Assembly (NCBI RefSeq): GCF_035695185.1 | Contig: NZ_DASSES010000105.1 | Span: 1,107 to 65,106, forward strand | Length of the DNA: 64,000 bases | DNA from: Frateuria sp. | Lineage (GTDB): Bacteria; Pseudomonadota; Gammaproteobacteria; Xanthomonadales; Rhodanobacteraceae | Direction: 5' to 3' | In this document: positions 1-8,052 of the stretch, piece after piece | How positions within the stretch are numbered: the first letter of the stretch is position 1 | Layout: every line of letters begins with the position of its first letter | Made by a program: the position numbers and the translations under genes | The notes under the pieces: model-generated | What the model was told of the DNA's origin: nothing | The model's input: only the letters and a program-made list of their open reading frames with translations | The model's database searches: none

Positions 1-1093
1 GATAGGCGTAACGGAGCTGTTCCAGGCGGATGTCCCGTTGGGGCGCCAGTGCGACGGCGGCCATGGTCCCCTTGTCTTCCGGCAGCAGCAGATCGCGATG
101 GATCGCATCCAGGGCGGCCGAGGAGAACTTCAGCTTGGCGAATCCGCGATACATGATCTGTGCCGAGGGAAGCATCCGGTAGGCGGCGAAGCCGTACAGG
201 CCGAGCGCGGGCAGGACGTGGGCGATGTCGCCACTCTGCAGCATCAGCAGCAGTGCGATGACGATCAGGCCGCTGTAGCCGACGGCTTCCACCAGGTACA
301 GGGGCGACTGGCTGAGGGTGTCGCTGGCGGCGAGGTGGCGCGAATACAGGCGGGAGGCGTCGTTGAATTTCTGCTGGTACGCCGTCGCCGAATGGGTGAT
401 CTTGACGTCCTTGATCCCGCCTAGCGCCTCGTTGCAGGACTGGAACCGCTGGCCGTTCGCGATCTGCCGCTCCTTGCCGATGCGCGCGAGGTGCCGGCGC
501 ACCAGCCCGTAGATCGCCCCGTACAGGAGCCCGACCACCAGCACGATCGCGAGGGCGGTGAGCGGGTTGTAGAGGAAGATCAGCAACAGCATGGCCAACA
601 CCACCGTGCCCTGGGCGATCAGTTGCGACAGCGGCTGGATCAGGTTGAACAGGAGCTGGTCGACTTCCGAGAGCACGTTCTGGCCCAGCACGGACGAGTT
701 GTGGGACAGGAAATACTCGTACGGCTGGTGCAGGTAGCGGGAAAGCAGGCGCGCACTGATGGAGTGGCGCAGCAGATGCACGAACCGGTTCACCAGGTGC
801 AGCGTGACCGCCTTGAACGCCGAAGAGGCAAGCACGATGGCGATCGAGGCAAGCCCCATGGCGGTGATGAACGCGCGCAGGTCGTGGAAGTGCAATGCAC
901 TGTAGGTTGCGTGCAGCCAGGGGTTTTCGTGGATGACGGCCGGCCGGCCCAGCACGGACAGGAACGGCATGATCGACAGGACACTCCCGGTCTCGGCCAC
1001 GGCCATCAGGATCACCAGAACCATCATCCATACGGACCTGCGCCGCTCGGGCCGCGTGAAGATGCCCCAGATTTTCTTCAGGTCACCCAGCAT
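1..1093 (-). CDS. ABC exporter with fused transmembrane and ATPase domains (PglK/MsbA-like). Only the N-terminal transmembrane part is present; the 3' end lies beyond the window edge.
   Basis: Absent from the ORF track because the window truncates it. Reverse translation from ATG 1093..1091 gives MLGDLKKIWGIFTRPERRRSVWMMVLVILMAVAETGSVLSIMPFLSVL...YEYFLSHNSSVLGQNVLSEVDQL...LYGFAAYRMLPSAQIM, an open frame down to position 1. The layout is that of a type-I exporter TMD, as in glycan/lipid flippases. Confidence 0.8.
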   Translation of the reverse strand, partial: MLGDLKKIWGIFTRPERRRSVWMMVLVILMAVAETGSVLSIMPFLSVLGRPAVIHENPWLHATYSALHFHDLRAFITAMGLASIAIVLASSAFKAVTLHLVNRFVHLLRHSISARLLSRYLHQPYEYFLSHNSSVLGQNVLSEVDQLLFNLIQPLSQLIAQGTVVLAMLLLIFLYNPLTALAIVLVVGLLYGAIYGLVRRHLARIGKERQIANGQRFQSCNEALGGIKDVKITHSATAYQQKFNDASRLYSRHLAASDTLSQSPLYLVEAVGYSGLIVIALLLMLQSGDIAHVLPALGLYGFAAYRMLPSAQIMYRGFAKLKFSSAALDAIHRDLLLPEDKGTMAAVALAPQRDIRLEQLRYAY

Positions 1094-1147
1094 GGTGCGT
1101 GCTCGTGGCGGTGGGACGGTGGCTGTCGATACCGGTTGGCCGCGCGG

Positions 1148-3112
1148 TCACTGGCTTGCCGATGCATCGAGGCCGCCGAGCTGTGCCTGGAGGCGGTGGA
1201 TCGTGTCGTCCAGCCGCCCGGCCAGGTTCAATATCTGCAGCCCGCCCAGCGCCCGCAGGGCCTCGTGCTTCTGGTCGAGCGCAATCAGCATGCGAACCAG
1301 CGTGATGCGGTAGGCGGGCTCGCTCGGGGCGGCCTCGACCGCAGCCTGCGTCATGCGCAGCCCGAGCGCGTGGTCGTCCAGGACGTTCCATGCGTAATTC
1401 CCGTAGGACGCCAGCAGCCGCGCGCTCGGATCGGGATGAGACAGCGCGGCGAGGAACGCTTCGACCATCCGGTCCTTGGGCAGGTCGCAGAGCTGCTCAC
1501 GTGCGCAGTCGGTGAGCGCGCCCAGCGAGCTTTCGTCCTGCACGCCGGGCTTCTTCGCCTTGAGCTTGGCGACCATGGAATCCCACCACGCATCCTTGAG
1601 CGGAAGGTGCATGCGGGCGTTCATGAAGATCAGCGCCTGCTGCGGCAGGATCGACGACTTGGGCAACGCCGCCGCGCGTTCAAGCGGCGCGTAGGCCAGG
1701 TGGGTGAAGCGCGAGGCCGGGTCGTAGTGCGAGTAGATGATGTAGGTGCGGCCGAGCTCGTACTGGGCACGCGGGGACTGGGGCGCACGGGCCGCAAGTT
1801 CCTTGGCCAGGTGCAGCGGATCGCCCCAGGCGATCGCGGTGGTGGCCGTCATTCCGATCCACCAGACCGCAAGGGCGGCCAGCAGCGCCCGGCGGGGCAG
1901 GGCGAACATCGGCGCATCGGTGGATCCCAATGCGGCGAGCGGCGGGACGATGGCCAGCAGGAGCCCGAAGCTGGCGAAATAGTTCCGGTGTTCGTACACC
2001 AGTTCCAGTCGGAGGATGGTCCCGGTCAGCAGGTGGCAGCCGAGGAATAGCAGGATGCCCAGGGCGACCAGCGGCCTGCGCCGCCTGAGCCACAGCGCCA
2101 GCGCAAGCAGCACGGCGAGGGCAAGCAGGCCAGCGAAGGTCGACCAGGGCTGGAACAGTCCCGAGGAGACGACGAAATCGTCGTGGTAGAACGACAGCGC
2201 CCCGGGCGTGGGCAGCAGCGTCCAGGCCACGTAGTCGCTGACGATCCTCGCCTCGCTCAGCAAACGGGTGTGCAGAGTGAAATCACGCTGGGCCCAGGTC
2301 TCGGGGCGAAGCAACCCCGGCAGCAGCCAGGCCAGCCCCGTGACAAGCGGCAAGACCAGCACGGCCAGGAACAGCCCGATCACGCGCAAGTCGCGCTTTC
2401 CCGCACGGGTGCGGAAGCCGAAGAGCACCCATTCGATGGTGGCGGCATACAGCGGCAACATGACCGCCGTTTCCTTCGCCAGCACCCCGACGGCGGTCGG
2501 AAGGACCAGGCTCGCGAGGCAGACCAGGAAATACCGGTTGGCCGGCGAGGGCCTGTCCTCCCGCGGATCGGCGAGCATGCGGCAACGGCCCTCGACATAG
2601 CCGAGCAGGCCCAGCAGCACGAACAGGTTGGCCATGCTCTCCATGCGCTGGACCACGTACAGCACGGCGGTGAGGTTGATGGGTAGCAGCAGCCAGCCTG
2701 CGGCGATCAGCGCGGCGACACGCCCGGCGGTTCCTTCATCGCCGTAGCTGGCCGGCGCTGCCAGCCGCAGGATCCGCTTGGCCAGCAGGAAAAGCACCAG
2801 GCCGTTGAGCAGGTGGATGACCAGGTTGGTCAGCTTCATCCAGTAGGGGTCCAGCCCTGAGGCCAGGTAATTGGCGGCGAAGCTCAAGGACGCGAGAGGT
2901 CGCTTGAACTCGCTGGAAGGCGAGGACAGCGCGGCGCGTGCCAGCGAGCCCAGGTCGGCGTGTTCCGGCTGTACCCCGTGGTTGTCGACGATGTTGGGGT
3001 AGTCGTCGAAGATGTAAGCGCCGGAGAGCCCGGGCCAGTACACCACGCAGGTGACGACCAGGGCGGCGAGCAACCACCACCAGCCATGGGTCCTGCGCGT
3101 GGTCTGGTTCAT
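1148..3112 (-). CDS. Polytopic membrane protein with a C-terminal TPR-like domain. TMTC/PMT-like GT-C glycosyltransferase candidate (paralog 2).
   Basis: 654-aa ORF. The N-terminus is a TM helix followed by YWPGLSGAYIFDDYPNIVDN, an acidic DD motif in the first extracytoplasmic loop as in GT-C enzymes. About 10 or more hydrophobic segments follow, then a helical-repeat C-terminal third. Its ATG overlaps the upstream paralog's stop (ATGA at 3109..3112). Confidence 0.75.
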   Translation of the reverse strand: MNQTTRRTHGWWWLLAALVVTCVVYWPGLSGAYIFDDYPNIVDNHGVQPEHADLGSLARAALSSPSSEFKRPLASLSFAANYLASGLDPYWMKLTNLVIHLLNGLVLFLLAKRILRLAAPASYGDEGTAGRVAALIAAGWLLLPINLTAVLYVVQRMESMANLFVLLGLLGYVEGRCRMLADPREDRPSPANRYFLVCLASLVLPTAVGVLAKETAVMLPLYAATIEWVLFGFRTRAGKRDLRVIGLFLAVLVLPLVTGLAWLLPGLLRPETWAQRDFTLHTRLLSEARIVSDYVAWTLLPTPGALSFYHDDFVVSSGLFQPWSTFAGLLALAVLLALALWLRRRRPLVALGILLFLGCHLLTGTILRLELVYEHRNYFASFGLLLAIVPPLAALGSTDAPMFALPRRALLAALAVWWIGMTATTAIAWGDPLHLAKELAARAPQSPRAQYELGRTYIIYSHYDPASRFTHLAYAPLERAAALPKSSILPQQALIFMNARMHLPLKDAWWDSMVAKLKAKKPGVQDESSLGALTDCAREQLCDLPKDRMVEAFLAALSHPDPSARLLASYGNYAWNVLDDHALGLRMTQAAVEAAPSEPAYRITLVRMLIALDQKHEALRALGGLQILNLAGRLDDTIHRLQAQLGGLDASASQ

Positions 3113-5187
3113 GCGGGATCTGCTCTCTTCGCTCGCTGATCAGCCATGAGTGTATTGCGAAGCCTGGCCAACTCCCTATCCCAGTAATGCTGGTGTCGCA
3201 TGACCCATGCATGGAGGCGTGGCATGCCGGCGGCAGGGGCTTCTTCCTGCTTGCGGACAAGCTCGTAATGGTCGAGATGGGCCAGCGCCTCGGCAGGGTA
3301 CCCGGCCGCGCCGAGCAGGGAGGCCTGCTGGAGGGCGGCCGTGGTGCGCGCCTGCTGGTCGAGCGCGCGGTTGAAATCCGCCAGGGCCTCGTCCGGCCTG
3401 CCCTGCATCAGGTCGATGCGCCCCTGCAGGTGGTAGATGTCCTGACGGCGCCCGGCGCTGGACATGAGTCGGGGGCTGGTGCGCGCCGTCTCCAGCAGCT
3501 TGCCGATCGCTGCCATGGTCATTTCCGGACAGGCGGGGTGTTCGGTCTGTTTCAAGGCGCGTTCGAACCAGTGCTCGAGCAGACTGCCGGGATTCCGGGT
3601 GGTGCGCAGCGCCTCTTCCGCCGCCTGCCAGGTCCCTGCACGGATGTGGCCCATCTGGCACTCCGCCCCGACCAGGTTGAAGGCCAGTTGCACCTGCTCC
3701 GGCGCAGCGGCGAGGGCCGGCCTCAAGCGCGCCGCGGCCCCGGCCGGGTTGCCCGCATTCATTTCGGCTTGCGCGGCATTGGCCTGCGCACGGGGCGAGG
3801 CCGGGTTGAGCTTCGCCCACAGCAGGGCCTGGTCGTGGGTGTTGCCCCACAAGGACGTGCGCGCCAGGGTCAGTCCGGCCAGGCCGGCGAGCAGCACGAG
3901 GGCCAGGCTGGCCTTCAGTCGACGCCGGGTTTCCGGCTGGAGGCTGTTCGGCGGCTGCCGGTTGGCGACGGCGCGGACGCCTTGCGGCACGTCGCACAGC
4001 CACAAGGCCAGCGGCCAGAACATCATTACTGCGGGAAGGTAATTGCGGTGCTCGAAGTAAAGCTCCAGCGAGATCGTGCTCGACTCGATCGCTTGCCCCA
4101 CCAGGAAGAACAGGATGGCCAGTGCGACGGCCGGCAGGCGCTTGCGCAAAACAATGGCGGCCCCTACCAGCGCGATGATCGCCACTATCGCCGGCAGCGT
4201 GCCCGGCGGCGACCAGAGGCCCGTCGAGACCACGATGTGATCGTTGAACAATCCGGGCGTGAAAGGCCGTGGCAGCCAGAGCAGCCCCAGGTAGTCGACC
4301 AGGATGCGTGGCTCGGTGAGCATGCGCTGGGCGAGCGTCCACGGACGTGTTGCGGAAATGTCGTGGGCGAGGCCGTGCCAGCCCCGGTAGATCAGGTAGA
4401 CGGCCACCAGCACGGAAGGGACCCCTGCAAACACGGCCATCAGGTGACGGAAGCGCAGCCGGGTTTCCTTCCCCGGGAGGGGGCGAACAGGCGCTACCTG
4501 GTGCAGGAACGTGAACTCGATGGCGAACGCCAGTGCCGGGAGCAGCACGCCGTTGGCCTTGCTGAGGACGGCCAGTACGGTACAGCCGCCCAACCCCGCT
4601 GCCATGTAGAGCGTTCCCGCGCGGGTATTGCCCGACTGGAACGCGCGTCGGCCCCGCAGCCATAGCAACAGGCCGGCCAGCGTCCACAGCAGCGGAAGCA
4701 TGGCCTCGCGCTGGACGATGTAGAGGGTGGTCGAAACGAAAAGGGGATGCAGCAGCCAGAACGATGCCCCGAGTACGGCGGCCCAGTCGGCGCGCATGGC
4801 AGCGCGTTTGCGCATGGCCTCGTCGGCCAGCTCGCCGGGAAGCCAGGCTTGCCCCAACTGGCGCAGCAACAGCGCGAGCAGGGCGCCGTTGAGCAGGTGC
4901 AGCAGCAGGTTGGTGCGCTTGAAGGGCCCGGGCGCGGCAGGCCAGTCGTGCGCGTCGACCAGGAACGAGAGCAGCGCGAGCGGCCGGCCGGTCGGATCGG
5001 CGGTGCCCGAGGTCACGTAGCGCCAGAACGCGGCGCCATTGTCGATGGGACCCAGCGCCCCCAGCGCGGGGAGGTTCGCGTAGTCGTCGAACAGGAAGCC
5101 GCCCTTCAATCCGGGCAGGTAGGCGAACCAGGTCAGGAGCAGGACGGCCAGCATCCCGATCCAGGGCCACCGCGAGGCTTTCGGCAT
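3109..5187 (-). CDS. Polytopic membrane protein with a C-terminal TPR-like domain. TMTC/PMT-like GT-C glycosyltransferase candidate (paralog 1).
   Basis: 692-aa ORF. The N-terminus reads WFAYLPGLKGGFLFDDYANLPAL, the same FDDY motif as the neighbour. It has many TM segments and a TPR-like tail (DIYHLQGRIDLMQGRPDEALADFNRALD). It is translationally coupled to the next gene. Confidence 0.75.
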   Translation of the reverse strand: MPKASRWPWIGMLAVLLLTWFAYLPGLKGGFLFDDYANLPALGALGPIDNGAAFWRYVTSGTADPTGRPLALLSFLVDAHDWPAAPGPFKRTNLLLHLLNGALLALLLRQLGQAWLPGELADEAMRKRAAMRADWAAVLGASFWLLHPLFVSTTLYIVQREAMLPLLWTLAGLLLWLRGRRAFQSGNTRAGTLYMAAGLGGCTVLAVLSKANGVLLPALAFAIEFTFLHQVAPVRPLPGKETRLRFRHLMAVFAGVPSVLVAVYLIYRGWHGLAHDISATRPWTLAQRMLTEPRILVDYLGLLWLPRPFTPGLFNDHIVVSTGLWSPPGTLPAIVAIIALVGAAIVLRKRLPAVALAILFFLVGQAIESSTISLELYFEHRNYLPAVMMFWPLALWLCDVPQGVRAVANRQPPNSLQPETRRRLKASLALVLLAGLAGLTLARTSLWGNTHDQALLWAKLNPASPRAQANAAQAEMNAGNPAGAAARLRPALAAAPEQVQLAFNLVGAECQMGHIRAGTWQAAEEALRTTRNPGSLLEHWFERALKQTEHPACPEMTMAAIGKLLETARTSPRLMSSAGRRQDIYHLQGRIDLMQGRPDEALADFNRALDQQARTTAALQQASLLGAAGYPAEALAHLDHYELVRKQEEAPAAGMPRLHAWVMRHQHYWDRELARLRNTLMADQRAKRADPA

Positions 5188-5195
5188 CAGCTACT

Positions 5196-5228
5196 CCAAA
5201 ACAAGAAGGGCCGCCCGTGGCGGCCCTT
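5196..5228 (-). terminator. Rho-independent terminator downstream of pilin gene 1
   Basis: The plus strand reads aagggccgcc-cgt-ggcggccctt (stem 5206..5228). On the minus strand the hairpin is followed by TTCTTGTTTTGG. It lies between the pilin stop (5249) and the next start (5187). Confidence 0.6.
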
Positions 5229-5248
5229 CGATGCAGACGTCGTGCGGA

Positions 5249-5686
5249 TTAGCGGCAGGACGAAGGCATGTACTTGGGGGACAAGGTCGTGCTCTTGCAG
5301 CGCCATTCCACGCTGCCCGGATGGGTGATCGGCGACAGCAGCAGGGTCGAGGTGGTCTTGAGGGCCTTGTTCGCCTTCGGGCCACCGTAAGCCGCCGTGA
5401 TGATACCGCCGGTGCCGACAGTCACGCTGCTGACGTACTGACCCCTGATGTCGGTGTTGGTGGCAAGACCTGCCGACCCGTTGGACTCCGGCAGCCTGCC
5501 CGTGGTGGTGTAGAACTCGCCGACGGCCGTCTTGGAGCCATCAGCCAGGGCCAGGCCCTCGGACACCTGCGAGCGGATGGTGTAGTCCTGGTAGGCCGGG
5601 ATGGCGATGGCCGCCAGGATCGCGATGATCGCGACCACGATCATCAGCTCGATCAGGGTGAAGCCCTTCTGCAGATTCTTGTTCAT
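5249..5686 (-). CDS. pilA: Type IVa major pilin (prepilin)
   Basis: MNKNLQKG|[27 protein letters not shown] is a class III signal peptide with a Gly-Phe cleavage site and Glu5. A C-terminal Cys...Cys loop is present ([15 protein letters not shown]). A good SD (AGAGGA) lies upstream. Confidence 0.95.
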   Translation of the reverse strand: MNKNLQKGFTLIELMIVVAIIAILAAIAIPAYQDYTIRSQVSEGLALADGSKTAVGEFYTTTGRLPESNGSAGLATNTDIRGQYVSSVTVGTGGIITAAYGGPKANKALKTTSTLLLSPITHPGSVEWRCKSTTLSPKYMPSSCR

Positions 5687-5813
5687 GGTGGTTCCTCTTT
5701 GCTGGTTAGCTAACCGTTTTTGATGCCCCCTGAGCCCCGGTCCCGGATCCCCCTAGGCGGAATCGGACCCCACATGCTGCGGTCAGGAACGACCAGGAAG
5801 CTCGCGGTGTTCG

Positions 5814-5830
5814 AAGCAGTTTGCGTGCCA
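5814..5830 (-). promoter_or_regulatory. Candidate sigma-54 (-24/-12) promoter for pilin gene 1
   Basis: The minus strand reads TGGCACGCAAACTGCTT. The GG-N10-GC spacing is exact against the consensus TGGCAC-N5-TTGCW. It sits about 130 nt upstream of the pilin ATG. pilA is sigma-54/PilR dependent in Pseudomonas and relatives. Confidence 0.45.
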
Positions 5831-6021
5831 CGCCCACTGCCTCTTTATTGCCGCATAGCTGCAGGCCGGGCGATTGTGCACGTCGTCACGAATGTCTACA
5901 ACCTGTGTTCCAGCCGTGGAGCCCGGTTGGGGAAGCGTGATCCCTGCAACATCCTGCCGGCATGCCGCAAGGGGGCAGCTACTGCCCAAGTTTGTCAGTG
6001 CCGCCCCAATAAGGCCGTGCG

Positions 6022-6462
6022 TCAGCGGCAGGTCGAGGGCAGGTACTTGTCGGGCAGCGTCGTGCTGGAACCGTTGCAGGTCCATGCGATGCTGCCGCTG
6101 TGGGTAATCGGCGAAAGGGCGAGCGTGACGTCGTGGATCTGGACGTTCGCCTTCGGGCCCTTGAAGGCGACCAGGACCTTGCCGCCCGACACGTCCACGC
6201 TCGAGACATAGCTGCCCTTGATATCGTTGGCGTCGGCCAGTCCGGCGGACTGGTTGTTGGAGGGAAAGTGACCGTTGTTCGACACGTAGTCCCACACGGC
6301 CGCCTTGGCGCCAGTCGACAGACTCATGCCTTCGATGACCTGGCCGCGTATGGCGTAATCCTGGTAGGCAGGGATGGCGATGGCCGCCAGGATGGCGATG
6401 ATCGCCACCACGATCATCAGTTCGATAAGCGTGAAGCCCTTACTGGCGTACTTGGCGCACAT
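6022..6462 (-). CDS. Type IVa pilin paralog (prepilin)
   Basis: MCAKYASKG|[27 protein letters not shown]. The N-terminal helix and its DNA are nearly identical to pilin 1, while the C-terminal globular part diverges and carries the Cys loop CNGSSTTLPDKYLPSTC. No obvious SD lies upstream. Confidence 0.9.
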   Translation of the reverse strand: MCAKYASKGFTLIELMIVVAIIAILAAIAIPAYQDYAIRGQVIEGMSLSTGAKAAVWDYVSNNGHFPSNNQSAGLADANDIKGSYVSSVDVSGGKVLVAFKGPKANVQIHDVTLALSPITHSGSIAWTCNGSSTTLPDKYLPSTCR

Positions 6463-6558
6463 GGGAAGGTCCGGTTAGGTAAATGGCATGGGTAGGCAAG
6501 CACGTCCCGTACCGTCCAGGTCGGTTTTTAACGCCACATCTTGCCCGCGTGATGAGGG

Positions 6559-7920
6559 TCACACCGGATCCATTCCGCTTGGGCGGGGTGGCAAGGCACG
6601 CCGGGTCGCGACCCAGTGCGCCACTCGCTGTAGCGCGTGCCACGCGAGCAGAATTTCCTGGCCGCGGAACGGAATTGAATACCGGGGTTCTGCTTGCAGG
6701 GTCGAATAGAGCAGGGTGACGTACAAGAACAGCAGGCCGGCGATCGGCGCAATGTGGGCATTCGGCGCCCGCCACAACACCCCAATGCAGCCCGCGAAGG
6801 CCAGCAGCATCAGCAGCGGATTGAACCCATGGCAAACCGAGACCCACGCGCGTAGCAGTAGTTCCTGGTCGAGGGGGGAGTGGATCGTGGGGTAGACGTA
6901 GATATCGCCCTGTCCCATGCGGATGCTCCAGCCCCAGAGTAAGGCTGGTTTGCTTATGTACCACGCGAGGTAATGAAGAGGGGCGGCGGCCATGCGTTTG
7001 GCCATGAGACGAATCCCGCCGCGCGGATGGCTCAACATCACCCTCGATTCGGCTCCTATCGCATGCAGCGTGCGGGCAGCCTCGGGATTGCCTTGTACTG
7101 ACTGTAGGTACGCAGCGTGGTATTCGGGCCACGACCCCTGGACCAGATTGAGTAATGCTCGCCCGCTCGACGAAGCACCGGAAGTCAGCTGGGCATTGCG
7201 CACGCCCCAGGCAAGCGGCAAGACAAGGGCGCTTATGGCAAGTATGACCGCGAGGCGCGGTGGGACGCGGCGTCTGAGGTAGAGGACGGCGGCGAGCAGC
7301 GCGGCGAAAGGAACGAGGACCGCGTTGGTCAGCGACGACATGCCGAAAATAAGTCCCGCTGCCGCGGTCCACGCCGCCTTTCCGCGTGCGAAAGCCTCGC
7401 GTGCGAGGTACAACGCCACAGCGCACAGAAAGCCAAAAAGTGTCTCGGTAAGCAGGAAACTGTCGATAGTGATGCTATGAGGCCAGGCCGCCATGAGCAG
7501 GCCGGCGCCGATCAACCACTTGTCGGGAATCCAGCCACGCGCGGCCAGCATCGAGAACGTAACGGTAAGCGAACCGAGCAAGGCCTGCGCCAGTAGCACC
7601 GCTGCGTACCAGCGGGGAAAGCTGTCGAACAGCTTCATCCAGAACGCGAGGAAAATGGGATAACCGGGATCCCTGAAGCTGTCGCCGACCACCTGCCCGC
7701 TGCCTGGGCCGGCCTTGGAGAAGACGCCGTGGTGGACGAGGTTCCAAGCATATGCATGATACTGGACAGCGTCGCCACGCACCGGTTGGTAGACTTGGGC
7801 GTGGCACAGGTAGTACCAACGCAGCCCGAAGGCCGTGACCGTAATTGCGGTGAGTACGAATATCCACGGCAATCGCCCAAACTTCCCATTGCTTGGGACG
7901 GTTCTTGCCTCAAGTTCCAT
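6559..7920 (-). CDS. ArnT/PMT_2-like (GT39/GT83-type) polytopic membrane glycosyltransferase candidate
   Basis: 453-aa ORF, MELEARTVPSNGKFGRLPWIFVLTAITVTAFGLRWYYL...PVRGDAVQYHAYAWNLVHHGVF. About 11 hydrophobic segments and no soluble domain. The first-loop acidic/aromatic motif resembles the ArnT/PMT_2 family. G+C is lower than in the flanks. Confidence 0.6.
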   Translation of the reverse strand: MELEARTVPSNGKFGRLPWIFVLTAITVTAFGLRWYYLCHAQVYQPVRGDAVQYHAYAWNLVHHGVFSKAGPGSGQVVGDSFRDPGYPIFLAFWMKLFDSFPRWYAAVLLAQALLGSLTVTFSMLAARGWIPDKWLIGAGLLMAAWPHSITIDSFLLTETLFGFLCAVALYLAREAFARGKAAWTAAAGLIFGMSSLTNAVLVPFAALLAAVLYLRRRVPPRLAVILAISALVLPLAWGVRNAQLTSGASSSGRALLNLVQGSWPEYHAAYLQSVQGNPEAARTLHAIGAESRVMLSHPRGGIRLMAKRMAAAPLHYLAWYISKPALLWGWSIRMGQGDIYVYPTIHSPLDQELLLRAWVSVCHGFNPLLMLLAFAGCIGVLWRAPNAHIAPIAGLLFLYVTLLYSTLQAEPRYSIPFRGQEILLAWHALQRVAHWVATRRALPPRPSGMDPV

Positions 7921-8052
7921 CGACCTTCCCCCCTAACTTGGCTGGTCGGAAGATACGCGCTCCGCCTTCGGTTGACGAGGACGCGACCTGGCTTGCGCCG
8001 GCGCGGTGACACCGCGTACCGTCACCGGCTACGTCAGCGTTCGAGGGAACCC

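Noticed and set aside
491-2050. 519-aa plus-strand ORF overlapping the ABC exporter and the first TPR membrane protein gene
   Set aside because: The composition is low-complexity and rich in R, G, Q and H, with no motifs. It lies antisense to two ORFs that have clear membrane-protein and motif structure. This is a typical high-GC shadow ORF.
3176-5170. 664-aa minus-strand ORF in an alternative frame of 3109..5187, and the 492-aa plus-strand ORF 3187..4665
   Set aside because: Both have Arg/Pro/Ala/Gly-rich nonsense composition. The 692-aa frame has TM helices, the FDDY motif and TPR-like repeats, so it is the real one.
5973-5987. Small hairpin gggcag-cta-ctgccc between the two pilin genes as a terminator for pilin 2
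   Set aside because: The stem is only 6 bp, and no T-tract follows on the minus strand. This is too weak to call.
6463-6558. Sigma-54 promoter upstream of pilin gene 2 (minus strand ...CGGGACGTGCTTGCC...)
   Set aside because: The GG-to-GC spacing is one nucleotide short of the strict -24/-12 geometry. A second look-alike (TGGCATGGGTAGGCAAGC) is on the wrong strand.
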